Notes: generated by a model not told the origin, from the sequence alone. DNA of 64,000 nt from Candidatus Poribacteria bacterium (GCA_003635195.1 PYIY01000203.1:781-64780), one strand, 5' to 3'. Positions 45,869-56,438 are shown, numbered from the stretch's first letter. Translations and numbers: made by a program.

Positions 45869-46534
45869 ATGAAATATCTGTTTTCAACTGTTGTAAGTTG
45901 TTGCCTCGTGCTCGTGGCATCTTTTGCTTTTGCAGGTGAACAGACGTGGTCATTTGATTCAGATGCGGACGATTGGGAAGTTGCTAATGGGAATTGGAGT
46001 GTTGAGGACGGCACTTATAAACTCGCTAAAGGCGGTAGAGCCGAACACTCCCTCGTCGGTGATGCCGAATGGGAAGATTACACCGTTGAAGCGAAAGTTC
46101 GACTTGACGAGGGCAACTGGGCAGGGGTTGTTTATCGCGCCCAAAGCGAGAAGGAATATTATGTTTACTATCTCAACGTTCCAAATAACAAGACTGAGCT
46201 TTGGCGACATAAGGAAAGTGCGTGGGACTCTCGCGACAAGATAGGTGAACTTCAAGGTGCCAACATCAAAATTGCGAATGGCGAGTGGTTTGACATGCGC
46301 ATCGTCGTGGCGGGCAATTCAATGAAACTCTGGATTAACGGTGAAGACCAAGGCGAACTTAAGGATGAAACCGATGCCGGATACCCCGCTGGGCAGATCG
46401 GTGTCTGGGCGTGGGAGACTGCTGCGAGCTTTGATGATGTCAAGGTCGCTGGAGATGCTATCGTCAACCTTACGCCAGTGGAACCGTTGGATAAATTGGC
46501 TACCACATGGGGTCGCCTCAAACAGCGTTTTTAG
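45869..46534 (+). CDS. DUF1080/LamG-like secreted protein, tail DKLATTWGRLKQRF
   Basis: AAAGGAG RBS before ATG 45869. Signal peptide. DDWEVANGNWSVEDG..EDYTVEAKVRL pattern. Confidence 0.8.
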   Translation: MKYLFSTVVSCCLVLVASFAFAGEQTWSFDSDADDWEVANGNWSVEDGTYKLAKGGRAEHSLVGDAEWEDYTVEAKVRLDEGNWAGVVYRAQSEKEYYVYYLNVPNNKTELWRHKESAWDSRDKIGELQGANIKIANGEWFDMRIVVAGNSMKLWINGEDQGELKDETDAGYPAGQIGVWAWETAASFDDVKVAGDAIVNLTPVEPLDKLATTWGRLKQRF

Positions 46535-46574
46535 ACGGCGTTTCATCGCTTAAGGATACGGAGAACGGTAGCAC

Positions 46575-48422
46575 GTGTCACTGAAACTTTCCTATTATGC
46601 AGTTGCATGGGTGGTACTCGTCGGGTACCACTTTACCCTCTATCAGCTTCCAGACGCGTTCTGCCAAGATATAGATGCCTTAGATGTCACAACGCAGCTT
46701 CGCGCGTATAAAGCGCAACTCGCTGCAGACGGCACGCAGAATGAAGTTCGCTTGAAACTCGCTAAAATGTACCTCCAAATTGAGGCTTACGCCGAAGCGG
46801 TTAGCGAGTACCAGCAGGTCATAGCAGCTACAGCACCAGACAGAGTTCTGGGAACCACAACGATTGCACACGATCCCGATATTCCAGCGGCTTACTACGG
46901 TTTGGGGTTGGCATATACTGGGCTTGAAAAGTTTGAGGATGCCATTGCGGCATACCAGCGAGCCATCGCATCCGCTCCTGATTGGGCGCATATACACGCG
47001 GCTTTAGGGAGTGCTTACGCGAATACACACCGTTACGCCGAAGCACTTGACGCTTACAAAGTAGCGGTTGCGTTGGATCCGCGGGATAAGATGATTCATC
47101 ATCAACTTGGCAATGTCTATAGTAAACGCGGAGAAAACGCAGCTGCGGTCCGGCACCAACTGCGGGCGATCGCCATTGCTCCGAAATTCGCGGCTGCACA
47201 CTATCAGTTAGGCCTGCTCTACGCACACGAAAAGCGATGGGAGGACGCTATCAACGCATATCGCACTGCCTATCAGAACGATCCAGCACTCGTTGAGTCA
47301 CTGTATAACCTGGCACAAGCGTATCTCCGCACTGGAGATACTGCAGCAGCGCGTGAACAGATGGCGCTATTTGAGGAACGGAAGGCAGCTCTTCATCCAC
47401 TCCACGAGCTACGCGGTGCCCTGCAGCGGACACAAGGTGCAACTGAACGCGCACAAATTCTCGCCAATATCGGCAGATTTTACCTCAAAGGCGGACACTA
47501 TGAGAAAGCCGTCTCAGAGTATCAAAAAGCAATCGGGATGGATCCACAACTCGTATCCGCCTATAACGGCATCGGTGTCGCCTATACAATGCTTGAGAAA
47601 TACGAGGCGGCGATCGCTGTACAACAGAAAGCGTTGGAACTTCAACCGGATTTCCCGAAGGCACACGCGGGCATCGGATTGGCGTATTTCAGGCAGAATA
47701 AACCGAAACTCGCTTTAAAACATTACCGACAGGCAGTCACACTGGCCCCCCAATTTTTAGAAGCGCATCTAAAACTTGCGACAATTTTGTTGCGTCAGGA
47801 GCGTCATGCGGAGGCAACTGAGGCGTATCTAACGATTATCGCGCTGAAACCGGACGATGCAGAAGCGTATCACAATCTCGGTTTATGTTATGCGTATCAG
47901 GCAATAGGGGACGGTAATACCCGTCAACAACCCGATGCGGATTTAACCACTGCAGCACTCACTGCCCTTGAAAAGGCTGTTGATCTCTCGTTATCTGTTA
48001 CTGATGCCATGAAACTGACGGAGCAGCCGCCTGTTCAACCACCATTTTTGGTAGAAACCTATTATCTTATGGGTGAACTTCGCGCGAGTCAAGGTGATTT
48101 CGGTGCGGCAGAGAAGGCATATCTGTCGTCTGGTTTACCGAAGGCGTATCATGCTTTGGCGCAGTTAAGCGCGAAGGCTGCCAGCAGAGAGAAAGCAGAT
48201 CCCAAACGCGGGTTAGAGACAGCGCGGCGTTATGCACAGGAGGCGATTCATTTGGATCCGAATGTCGCGAGTTACTACAATACGCTTGCCCTCATTGAAT
48301 TCCAGCGCGGCGATTATCGGCAAGCTGAGCAGGCGATCCAAAAGGCTTTGGAACTTGAACCCGGAAATCGGAACTATCAACAAGGATTGAAACAGATTTC
48401 TGACAAATTGACGACAGACTGA
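46575..48422 (+). CDS. TPR repeat protein with N-terminal hydrophobic anchor
   Basis: More than 10 TPR units (A..Y..A..L.P pattern). GTG start 40 nt after the preceding gene. Confidence 0.85.
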   Translation: MSLKLSYYAVAWVVLVGYHFTLYQLPDAFCQDIDALDVTTQLRAYKAQLAADGTQNEVRLKLAKMYLQIEAYAEAVSEYQQVIAATAPDRVLGTTTIAHDPDIPAAYYGLGLAYTGLEKFEDAIAAYQRAIASAPDWAHIHAALGSAYANTHRYAEALDAYKVAVALDPRDKMIHHQLGNVYSKRGENAAAVRHQLRAIAIAPKFAAAHYQLGLLYAHEKRWEDAINAYRTAYQNDPALVESLYNLAQAYLRTGDTAAAREQMALFEERKAALHPLHELRGALQRTQGATERAQILANIGRFYLKGGHYEKAVSEYQKAIGMDPQLVSAYNGIGVAYTMLEKYEAAIAVQQKALELQPDFPKAHAGIGLAYFRQNKPKLALKHYRQAVTLAPQFLEAHLKLATILLRQERHAEATEAYLTIIALKPDDAEAYHNLGLCYAYQAIGDGNTRQQPDADLTTAALTALEKAVDLSLSVTDAMKLTEQPPVQPPFLVETYYLMGELRASQGDFGAAEKAYLSSGLPKAYHALAQLSAKAASREKADPKRGLETARRYAQEAIHLDPNVASYYNTLALIEFQRGDYRQAEQAIQKALELEPGNRNYQQGLKQISDKLTTD

Positions 48423-48460
48423 AGCACAGACGATAGAGCGAAAATAATAGGTTACCTACG

Positions 48461-48502
48461 CTGATATTACTGATTGCTGACTGCCGGTTGCTGACTGCTA
48501 AT
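48461..48502. repeat. heptanucleotide tandem repeat
   Basis: CTGATAT TACTGAT TGCTGAC TGCCGGT TGCTGAC TGCTAAT. It ends 20 bp upstream of the UbiD-family gene. Confidence 0.5.
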
Positions 48503-48521
48503 TAAAATAGAAAGGATTCAC

Positions 48522-49967
48522 ATGGCATACGATAGCCTCGCAGAGTTTGTGAAAGCCTTGGATCGGGCAGGCGAACTCAAACGCATTAAAACGACTGTAT
48601 CCCCGGACCTCGAAATTGCCGAAATCACCGATCGCGTGAGTAAAGCAGAGGGGCCCGCCCTTCTGTTTGAAAAGGTTGAAGGCAGCGAAATGCCGCTCCT
48701 GATTAATACTTACGGTTCATATCGGCGGATGGCGATGGCACTCGGTGTTGACGATCTCGGACAGGTTGCGTCCGAAATTGAGAGCATGATTAAATTGGAT
48801 GCACCGGATACCCTCCTCGATAAAGTGAGGATCCTTCGGATGCTGTCCCAACTGACGAACTTTCCACCGAAAACAGTCAAAAAGGGCGCGTGTCAAGAGG
48901 TCGTCCTGACCGGTGAGGATGCGTCCTTGGATGTTCTGCCTCTCATTAAATGTTGGCCCCTTGATGCTGACCGATATATCACCTTGCCCCAAGTTTTTAC
49001 GCATAGCCTCAAAACAGGTCAACGCAATGTGGGAACGTATCGTTTGCAGAAAATAACGCCACACGCATTAGCCATGCATTGGCAGATTCACCACGACGGT
49101 GCCGCGCATCATCGCGAATATCGTCAAGCGGGGCAACAGATGCCGGTGGCAATCGCGCTCGGCGGCGATCCGGTGATGTCTTATATCGGTACGGCACCGC
49201 TGCCATCTGGTATTGATGAGCTTCTGTTTGCAGGATTTCTCCGCAAATCGAATGTTGAGATGGTGCCTGCCAAAACGATTGATATGCTTGTCCCCGCAGA
49301 TGCCGACATCGTAATTGAGGGGTATATTGAGCCAGATGAAACTTGCATAGAAGGCCCCTTTGGCGATCATACGGGGTTTTATTCTTTAGCAGATGAGTAC
49401 CCGCTGCTGCACATCACAGCGATTACGCATCGTAAAAATCCGATCTATCAGACGATTATCGTCGGTAAACCACCGATGGAGGATTGCTACATGGGGAAGG
49501 CGACTGAGCGGATCTTTATGCCGTTGATTAAGACGCAGCTCCCAGAACTCGTGGATATGAATCTGCCCTTGTTCGGCGTATTCCACAATTTCGCGCTGAT
49601 TTCTATCGACAAACGCTACCCTTATCAGGCGAAAAAGATGATGCACAGTTTCTGGGGACTCGGGCAGCTGATGTTCAGCAAAATCATCATTGTTGTTGAT
49701 AAAGATGTTGATGTTCAGAATGTTGAAGAGGTGCTTTTCTATGTTGGCAGCAATGTTGATCCGAAACGGGATGTAACAATTGTTGAAGGACCTGTTGATG
49801 TGCTGGATCACGCTTCACCGCTTATGGGTGCCGGGTCTAAGATGGGTATTGATGCTACAACGAAGTGGGCAGAGGAAGGGTATCAACGCGAGTGGCCTGA
49901 AGAAATCCGAATGTCTGACGACGTGATTGCTTTAGTTGATGAGAAGTGGAAAAAATATGGGTTTTGA
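48522..49967 (+). CDS. UbiD-family decarboxylase (menaquinone/futalosine-associated type likely)
   Basis: LAEFVKALDRAGELKRIKTTVSPDLEIAEITDRV start. 481 aa. UbiD blocks are present throughout. Confidence 0.9.
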   Translation: MAYDSLAEFVKALDRAGELKRIKTTVSPDLEIAEITDRVSKAEGPALLFEKVEGSEMPLLINTYGSYRRMAMALGVDDLGQVASEIESMIKLDAPDTLLDKVRILRMLSQLTNFPPKTVKKGACQEVVLTGEDASLDVLPLIKCWPLDADRYITLPQVFTHSLKTGQRNVGTYRLQKITPHALAMHWQIHHDGAAHHREYRQAGQQMPVAIALGGDPVMSYIGTAPLPSGIDELLFAGFLRKSNVEMVPAKTIDMLVPADADIVIEGYIEPDETCIEGPFGDHTGFYSLADEYPLLHITAITHRKNPIYQTIIVGKPPMEDCYMGKATERIFMPLIKTQLPELVDMNLPLFGVFHNFALISIDKRYPYQAKKMMHSFWGLGQLMFSKIIIVVDKDVDVQNVEEVLFYVGSNVDPKRDVTIVEGPVDVLDHASPLMGAGSKMGIDATTKWAEEGYQREWPEEIRMSDDVIALVDEKWKKYGF

Positions 49968-50034
49968 GAAATAGGATTTAGGTGGGAATCGGGGTTACAG
50001 ACCCCTCCTACAATGAGAAGTTAGGAGAAGAACG

Positions 50035-51105
50035 ATGGCAGAAACGATTTACGATGTCGCAGTCATTGGTGCGGGACCTGCTGGCGCGCAAGCCGCAGTT
50101 TCAGCGAGCCATCAGATGCGGCACGTTTTGGTACTACACTCTGGAAAAGTGAGTTTTAGTCGCGGACGCGCTTATTGGTCAAAGTCGGTGGAGATTGAAG
50201 ACGCCCCCGTCTTTCCCGGTATCATCGGCCCCCATTTTGCGAAAGAACTCATGAAATGGATGGAGAGCCGACCGGTTGTTGACTTCATGCTCGGATCGGA
50301 GAAACGCAAAACAGGCATTGATGTCCGCGATGGATTGGTACAAAAACTCACACACAACGGCGATTTCTTTGAACTCGAAGCATCTACAAAAACACTGAAA
50401 CAAAATACACCTTTAGAGATCGAACATTTTAAAGCGCACACTGTTGTCGTCGCCGCTGGGTTTGATGACAAATGGCCTGATATCGAGTTTGAACCTGGTG
50501 AAGAGCGGCTCTACAAGCAGTATGCAACCGTCTTCCGCTACGCCGGTAACAAAAAAGGGTGGCACGTCTGTATTCGTTGCGATGGACACCTCCATGTTAA
50601 TGAACATTTGGCACTCCTCGGTGTTGGCGATTATATCTATGAGGCGGCGATCGGTGCGCAAGACTTTACCGATAAAATCACAATCCTAACAAACGGCAGA
50701 CCTCACGGTATGTCGCCACCTGTGTTAGAACAGGTAAAAGCACGTAAAATTAATATCATTGAAACGGAGATTAAACGGCACATTGGCGAGAAAACTGACC
50801 TTTTGGGATTTGAAATGATTGATGGCACTGAACTGTTTTTCCACGGTTTCCTCGTTGATGAAGGGTTAATCCCGAATACGAAATTCCTTGAAGGATGGGA
50901 TTACCAGAAAGACGAAGAAGGTTTGATTATCGCAAACGAAGATATGCAGATGTTAGATAACAATGGGGACCCGATTCCTGGGCTCTTTGCCGCGGGTGAT
51001 ATTATATCCGGTGAGCGAAACCTAATTGCAACAGCATTCGCGCTCGGACAAGAGGCGGGTTTATCAGCATCAGACTCCTTGCGCCGCTGGCATTTTCCGC
51101 ATTGA
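50035..51105 (+). CDS. FAD/NAD(P)-dependent oxidoreductase (thioredoxin-reductase-like fold)
   Basis: YDVAVIGAGPAGAQAA N-terminal fold and C-terminal LFAAGDI. Confidence 0.8.
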   Translation: MAETIYDVAVIGAGPAGAQAAVSASHQMRHVLVLHSGKVSFSRGRAYWSKSVEIEDAPVFPGIIGPHFAKELMKWMESRPVVDFMLGSEKRKTGIDVRDGLVQKLTHNGDFFELEASTKTLKQNTPLEIEHFKAHTVVVAAGFDDKWPDIEFEPGEERLYKQYATVFRYAGNKKGWHVCIRCDGHLHVNEHLALLGVGDYIYEAAIGAQDFTDKITILTNGRPHGMSPPVLEQVKARKINIIETEIKRHIGEKTDLLGFEMIDGTELFFHGFLVDEGLIPNTKFLEGWDYQKDEEGLIIANEDMQMLDNNGDPIPGLFAAGDIISGERNLIATAFALGQEAGLSASDSLRRWHFPH

Positions 51106-51158
51106 GGGCATTGCTAACACAGTGGTTTTGCTTTGGAAGAAACCCCCTAAAGAATCAG

Positions 51159-51248
51159 AATCAACGGTATGAAGCCCGTGTGGGCTTCAAATCAACGGTA
51201 TTCATGCCGTGTGGCATGAACCGGGGTATGAATGCCTTATGGGCATTC
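51159..51248. repeat. three tandem ~30-bp stem-loop units
   Basis: TGAAGCCC-GTGT-GGGCTTCA (51170-51189), TTCATGCC-GTGT-GGCATGAA (51201-51220) and GAATGCC-TTATG-GGCATTC (51230-51248). The first two are each preceded by AATCAACGGTAT. Confidence 0.7.
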
Positions 51249-51311
51249 CCCGCCCTTTATCAGGGGGACTGACTGTATCCCTTTCCGCATTAGGAGGCAT
51301 CTATAAAAATA

Positions 51312-54185
51312 ATGCAGAACGACCAAAAAGATACCGTCTATATTATTGATACACACGCCGAAATATTTCGCGCGTATTACGCGATTCGTAGTGGATTGAC
51401 AAGTAGCGTCACCGGTGAAGCGACGCACGCTGTCTTCGGATTCGCTGGGACGCTGATTAGAATTTTAACCGAGCTTCAGGCAAAGTATATCGTCGCTGCA
51501 ATTGATACACCCGGCGACACGTTTCGCAATGAACTCTATTCGGAATACAAGGCGAATCGTTCGCCTCCGCCTGATGACCTCGTAACCCAGATTCATCGCA
51601 TCCTCCAGCTGCTTGAGGCGTTTGGTATCTTGACGCTCGGTAAACCGGAATTGGAGGCAGACGACATCATCGCCTCTGTTACACAGGCAATCCTTGACGA
51701 TCCAAATGCCGAGGATATTGATGTCTCTATCATTTCGAGAGACAAAGACCTTGAACAGTTGATCGGGGACCGGGTGACAATGCTCGACCTCCACAACAAT
51801 AAGACTATTGATGAACAATCGTTGTGGGAGACAAAAGGTATAAAACCCGAACAGGTCATTGATGTCCTCGCGTTGATGGGTGATACCTCTGACAATATCC
51901 CCGGTGTCGAAAAAATAGGCCTGAAAACGGCTGCACAATTAATCCAGCAGTACGGCTCTATTGACGGTATTTTTGAAAATATTGATGAGATTAAAGGGAA
52001 ACGTCGTGAGAATTTGGAAAAGGCACAATCGCAACTTCCACTTTCAAAGCGGTTGGTAACTTTGATACGGGACGCTGATTTGAACTTTTCCTTAGAGCAG
52101 GCACGCGTCAAACCGCTTGACCTTCAGAAAATTCGCCCATTACTTCAGGAATTGGAACTCAAACGTTATGAGGAAGTGGTAACGAAACTGGCGGGTGAAG
52201 ATGCTGAATCCGTAACTGCGCCGACGACGCGCAAGGAACGCGTCGCGGAATTGGAGCAGAAAACCGATGCTATTCTGGCCAAGGGCGACTATGAAACCGC
52301 TGCAACAGGTGACTACTCGGCGATTGTGACCCTTGACGAATTAAATGATCTCGTTGAGACGTTATCAACACAGGAAATCATCTGTTTTGATACTGAAACG
52401 GATGGTTTGGGGCGTGAGGCGACGCTTTGTGGATTAAGTTTCGCATGGAAACCGAAAGAAGGTGTTTACGTGCCAGTGCGTTCACCTCAGCCTGAAAACC
52501 ATTTGGATATAGATACCGTCCTTTCTGCACTCAAGCCGATTCTTGAAAACCCCGCGCTACCAAAATGTGGACATAACCTGAAGTTTGACGCAAGTATTCT
52601 TATTAGGAACGGTGTTAAACTTCAAGGTGTCGTTTTTGATACATTGCTTGCGAGCCAATTGGTCGATGCGCGGACACCGTCCCACAACCTTGATACGCTG
52701 GCACTGCTCCATTTGGAACACAAGATGATCTCTTTTGAGGAACTCACAACGGATACAAGTGATCCAACGTCTACTGACGAAACCAATAATCAAGGTAAAC
52801 TGTTAGATACAGAAGACTCGCAACAAAAAACAATTGATGAAGTGCCTTTGGAGCGAGCCACGATTTACGCTGCAGAAGATGCGGACATCACGCTCCGTCT
52901 CTATCACTTCCTTATACCGAAACTTGAGGAGACAGGTATTACAGAATTGGTGCACGATATAGAATCACCGCTCGCGCCTATCCTCGCTGAGATGGAATAT
53001 AACGGCATCGTTTGCGATAAGGATGAACTCAAACGCCAAAGTGGTGTCATTGAAAAACTCGTTAATGATCGGCAAAAAGAGATTCACGAAATAGTGGGGT
53101 ATCCCTTTAATATTGATTCACCAAACCAGTTGGCGCAAGTGCTGTTTGATGAACTCGGTTTCAAACCAGTAAAACGTACACGCGGCGGCAAAGTTTCTAC
53201 GGATGTCACTGTATTAGAAGCACTTTCCCTCAGAGAGGATGTCAACGCCCCGAAGACGAGTGTACCCCGCTTAATTATTGAATATCGCCAATATCGTAAG
53301 TTACAGAGCACCTATCTCGCCCAACTCCAGAGTGCTATTGACACCAGAACCGACCGTATCCATACACATCTCTATCAGTTAACGACGGCAACAGGGCGTT
53401 TGAAGTCCGACGGTCCAAACCTCCAGAACATTCCGGTCCGTACGGAGATTGGTAGACAGTTACGGCGTGCGTTTAGGGCACCAGAGGGACATAAGTTAAT
53501 CTGTGCAGATTACTCGCAAATTGAACTCCGTATCTTGGCACACTTTAGTGAAGATGAAAGTTTGATTGAGACGTTCACCCAAGATTTGGACATCCATACG
53601 GCTGTTGCCTCACAGGTATTTCAGATGCCGCCAGAATTAGTTACACGGGAACTCCGCGATAAGGCGAAAACCATCAATTTCGGTATCATCTATGGAGTCT
53701 CCCCGACAGGTCTCTCGCGTCGAATTAAGGGAATGCGTGTAAAGGAGGCATCGACGCTGATTGACGATTACAAAACGCGCTTTCCGGGGATAGATCGTTT
53801 TCTGCAGCAATGTGTCCAGCAAGCGTCGGATCACGGATATGTGCGTACACTCACCGGTAGACGCCGTGCTATTCCTGAAATTTATTCCACCAACAGAAGT
53901 CGGCGTAGTCTCGGTGAACGCTTGGCGATCAATACTGTCGTGCAGGGTTCTGCTGCGGATCTGATGAAAGCGGCGATGGTACATGTGCAACGTCGAATTG
54001 ATGCAGATAAATTGCCGTTAAAAATGCTCCTACAGATTCATGACGAATTGGTGCTTGAGGCACCGGAACCCCTCGCTGCGGAGCAGGCTGAGATTGTTTG
54101 TGAAGAGATGGAAAATGCGATGTCGTTGCTCGTACCGCTTCGGACAGAGGCAGGGATCGGAGATAATTGGATGACCGCAAAGTAA
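51312..54185 (+). CDS. polA: DNA polymerase I
   Basis: 957 aa with 5'-nuclease, 3'-5' exonuclease and polymerase domains (DYSQIELRILAH, QVHDEL-type IHDELVLE). Confidence 0.97.
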   Translation: MQNDQKDTVYIIDTHAEIFRAYYAIRSGLTSSVTGEATHAVFGFAGTLIRILTELQAKYIVAAIDTPGDTFRNELYSEYKANRSPPPDDLVTQIHRILQLLEAFGILTLGKPELEADDIIASVTQAILDDPNAEDIDVSIISRDKDLEQLIGDRVTMLDLHNNKTIDEQSLWETKGIKPEQVIDVLALMGDTSDNIPGVEKIGLKTAAQLIQQYGSIDGIFENIDEIKGKRRENLEKAQSQLPLSKRLVTLIRDADLNFSLEQARVKPLDLQKIRPLLQELELKRYEEVVTKLAGEDAESVTAPTTRKERVAELEQKTDAILAKGDYETAATGDYSAIVTLDELNDLVETLSTQEIICFDTETDGLGREATLCGLSFAWKPKEGVYVPVRSPQPENHLDIDTVLSALKPILENPALPKCGHNLKFDASILIRNGVKLQGVVFDTLLASQLVDARTPSHNLDTLALLHLEHKMISFEELTTDTSDPTSTDETNNQGKLLDTEDSQQKTIDEVPLERATIYAAEDADITLRLYHFLIPKLEETGITELVHDIESPLAPILAEMEYNGIVCDKDELKRQSGVIEKLVNDRQKEIHEIVGYPFNIDSPNQLAQVLFDELGFKPVKRTRGGKVSTDVTVLEALSLREDVNAPKTSVPRLIIEYRQYRKLQSTYLAQLQSAIDTRTDRIHTHLYQLTTATGRLKSDGPNLQNIPVRTEIGRQLRRAFRAPEGHKLICADYSQIELRILAHFSEDESLIETFTQDLDIHTAVASQVFQMPPELVTRELRDKAKTINFGIIYGVSPTGLSRRIKGMRVKEASTLIDDYKTRFPGIDRFLQQCVQQASDHGYVRTLTGRRRAIPEIYSTNRSRRSLGERLAINTVVQGSAADLMKAAMVHVQRRIDADKLPLKMLLQIHDELVLEAPEPLAAEQAEIVCEEMENAMSLLVPLRTEAGIGDNWMTAK

Positions 54186-54256
54186 ATTTTTTCCATCACT
54201 GATTGCCGAGGGCTCATGAGAAAAAACGCAATATTTTTCCTATCAATAAAATTTTA

Positions 54257-54285
54257 TTGACAAATGCTAAAGGTTGTGATATAAT
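54257..54285 (+). promoter_or_regulatory. consensus sigma-70 promoter with extended -10
   Basis: TTGACA (54257-54262), a 17-nt spacer, then TG-A-TATAAT (54277-54285). Confidence 0.75.
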
Positions 54286-54638
54286 TTATTGTAAATTTTA
54301 AGGAAAATGTGATAGTGTCCGCTGGCAAAGTTACGAGTAGTGTTTTGACAGTTTTACAGTTTGGAACCAAAATCACTCTCTTTTATGAGAGAGGACAAGG
54401 CTTCCGACAAGAGATTGATGATCGCTAATTTTGCAATCTTTCCTACGCTTGCTGCCAAATTTCTGCCTTTGAAAATGCTGACAGTGCTCAGTTTTCTCAT
54501 TTTCCCGTATTTTCATTACCCTATGCCGGTGTATTGTTAAATACCGGTCCGCGTGGGGGCAGTGTGTGTCCTTGCAGTGTCCCGTGTATCCTTATGGCAT
54601 CGGTTAGGGTGCATATAATTTCTAAAAGGAGAAACGAG
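54286..54638 (+). other. long structured 5' leader of the RRM protein gene
   Basis: About 350 nt lie between the promoter and ATG 54639. Hairpins include CTCTCT-TTTATG-AGAGAG and CCGGTGTATT-GTTA-AATACCGG. There is no convincing ORF. Confidence 0.4.
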
Positions 54639-54947
54639 ATGAATATCTACGTTGGCAACGTACCTTACGCCGCCACGGAAGAAGACCTCGAAGCGCTCTT
54701 TGGTGAGTATGGTCCAGTTGCTACCGCTACGATTATCCGTGACCGGTACGACGGTCGCTCCAAAGGGTTTGGATTCGTTGAAATGGAAAACCAAGAGGAT
54801 GGCGAGCGAGCAATAGAGGCGTTGGATGGTCAAGAGATGATGGGACGTCCCCTGAAAGTCAACCCTGCACGCCCTCGTACAGAACGCCGTGAGCCGCGTC
54901 GGTACGACGATAGGGACAACAACAGTGACGACGATATGGAAATATAG
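54639..54947 (+). CDS. RRM-type RNA-binding protein
   Basis: RNP2 IYVGNV and RNP1 KGFGFVEM. AAAGGAG RBS. C-terminal R/D-rich tail. Confidence 0.85.
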   Translation: MNIYVGNVPYAATEEDLEALFGEYGPVATATIIRDRYDGRSKGFGFVEMENQEDGERAIEALDGQEMMGRPLKVNPARPRTERREPRRYDDRDNNSDDDMEI

Positions 54948-55152
54948 GTTGTTTCCTATTGGCTTCGGTGCTACTGCGCTGCATGAATCTCTAAAGTAGG
55001 AAGGAAAAATGCCGCGAAGCATGCAATATCTTCTGCGGCTCATAAGTTTTGCCCCGGTCTCGAACCGGGGCTTATCTGTACAACAGGTGGGGAAGCGGGG
55101 AAGCGGTACCGCGTACCGTTTCCCCGACATTCCGTCCGCTCCTCAGAGGTGT

Positions 55153-55929
55153 CTAATAATTTTCCTGCTTGAGAGAACCCCAAGTTACAGCAAGTTTACC
55201 CGCCGGTTCTACTGCAACACCTAAAGCGTTCAAGCCGTTATTCATTAGGTCAGCGATATCTGCATCGGTCAAAGGTGCGTGGAAAAGACCGACCTCGTCC
55301 ATGACCCCTGTGAACCAGTTGCCGCTACCGTCCCAAACGCCACAGCCACCGATATTTACATTAAAATTGGATCTGCCGTGATTTATCCAGTTTCCTTCTT
55401 TCGTTGTCGCGGTGCCGTCAATGTAGACCTTCGTGAAGGTTCGGGTGGCGACAGCGGCGATGTGGTGCCACTCACCGGGTGGATGTTCGTAGGGATTATT
55501 ATTACTCCCGGCTGTGGGAGTCCATAGTGCAACGGTAGTAGGATTAATAAAACCGAATTCCGGGGAGTCGTTCTGACCTATCAACCCCACGCGATTGGCG
55601 GTGATATTCCCGGGTTTCACCCAAGCAACGACTGTGAATTCACGCACCCCGTTGAGGAGTCTTCTGTTGGTATTCACGCAGTTGCTTGCCCCGTCAAAGC
55701 CTAAGGCACCGCCAAATCGACCATCTACCCAGATCGGTGCGTTGACAATCGTACCGTGATTGTTATTTCCGGACGAGTCCATCGCCACGTTTCCTGCGCC
55801 ATCGTCGAACAGCCAAATACCAACAACATCTTTCTGGTTGATTTCGGCATCACTGCTATTCACAGCGACGAGACTCAAAGCCATCAGTCCCAGACTGAAC
55901 AGGACAACTGTTAAAGTATTAAATTTCAT
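55153..55929 (-). CDS. secreted LamG-like protein, tail GKLAVTWGSLKQENY
   Basis: Signal peptide MKFNTLTVVLFSLGLMALSL. DSSGNNNHGTIVNAPIWVDGRFGGALGFDG LamG pattern. Confidence 0.8.
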   Translation of the reverse strand: MKFNTLTVVLFSLGLMALSLVAVNSSDAEINQKDVVGIWLFDDGAGNVAMDSSGNNNHGTIVNAPIWVDGRFGGALGFDGASNCVNTNRRLLNGVREFTVVAWVKPGNITANRVGLIGQNDSPEFGFINPTTVALWTPTAGSNNNPYEHPPGEWHHIAAVATRTFTKVYIDGTATTKEGNWINHGRSNFNVNIGGCGVWDGSGNWFTGVMDEVGLFHAPLTDADIADLMNNGLNALGVAVEPAGKLAVTWGSLKQENY

Positions 55930-56333
55930 TTTAATTCCTCTCACTTTCTTTAAAGATTGACCGCGACACAGCGCGGATCTGTTTCATTGCCTAATCCGCT
56001 TTTGTAAGACTATCAGCGCGCGTTAGATTGCCTGATGTTCCCCGCAACGTTAAAAATAGGAGATATAAATATTTTCACATATTTTGCATAAAAATGCAAG
56101 TTTTTTTTTTGGGGGACGCTATTTTTAATAATTATAACATATTTCTATATCAATTTCAACGCAAATTTATCCCTCAATTTATGAAATAGAAACCTATTAT
56201 ATTTCACCAGTGGAATTTTTCCGCGTCTCTGTGAGGGCAATTGGGTGAGGTTTAAAAAATATTTCGGTAATTCTATAAAGCGGAAACGTCTCTCTAATCC
56301 TGTGAATCCTGATTCAGACAACTCTCACTGCAA

Positions 56334-56368
56334 GGCAAACTGATGACTGACAACTGATAATTGACATC
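56334..56368. repeat. heptanucleotide tandem repeat
   Basis: GGCAAAC TGATGAC TGACAAC TGATAAT TGACATC. Confidence 0.45.
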
Positions 56369-56438
56369 TTCCGGTTTTCTTGATAAACTTAAAGACATAA
56401 CCTTAAACCCTATTTTGTTGAAAAGGAAGAACACCACA

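Noticed and set aside
55097-55125. 13-bp stem GGGGAAGCGGTAC-CGC-GTACCGTTTCCCC, 28 nt past the stop of the 55153 gene, considered as a terminator.
   Set aside because: It has no U-tract on either strand, so I did not list it as a feature. It may still act as a bidirectional barrier between the convergent RRM and LamG genes.
56084-56115. TTGCAT-AAAA-ATGCAA hairpin followed by T10 G5 in the divergent LamG/WD40 promoter region, considered as a terminator or phase-variable tract.
   Set aside because: No upstream plus-strand gene needs terminating. I could not place the tract in a promoter spacer, and single-sequence data cannot show length variation.
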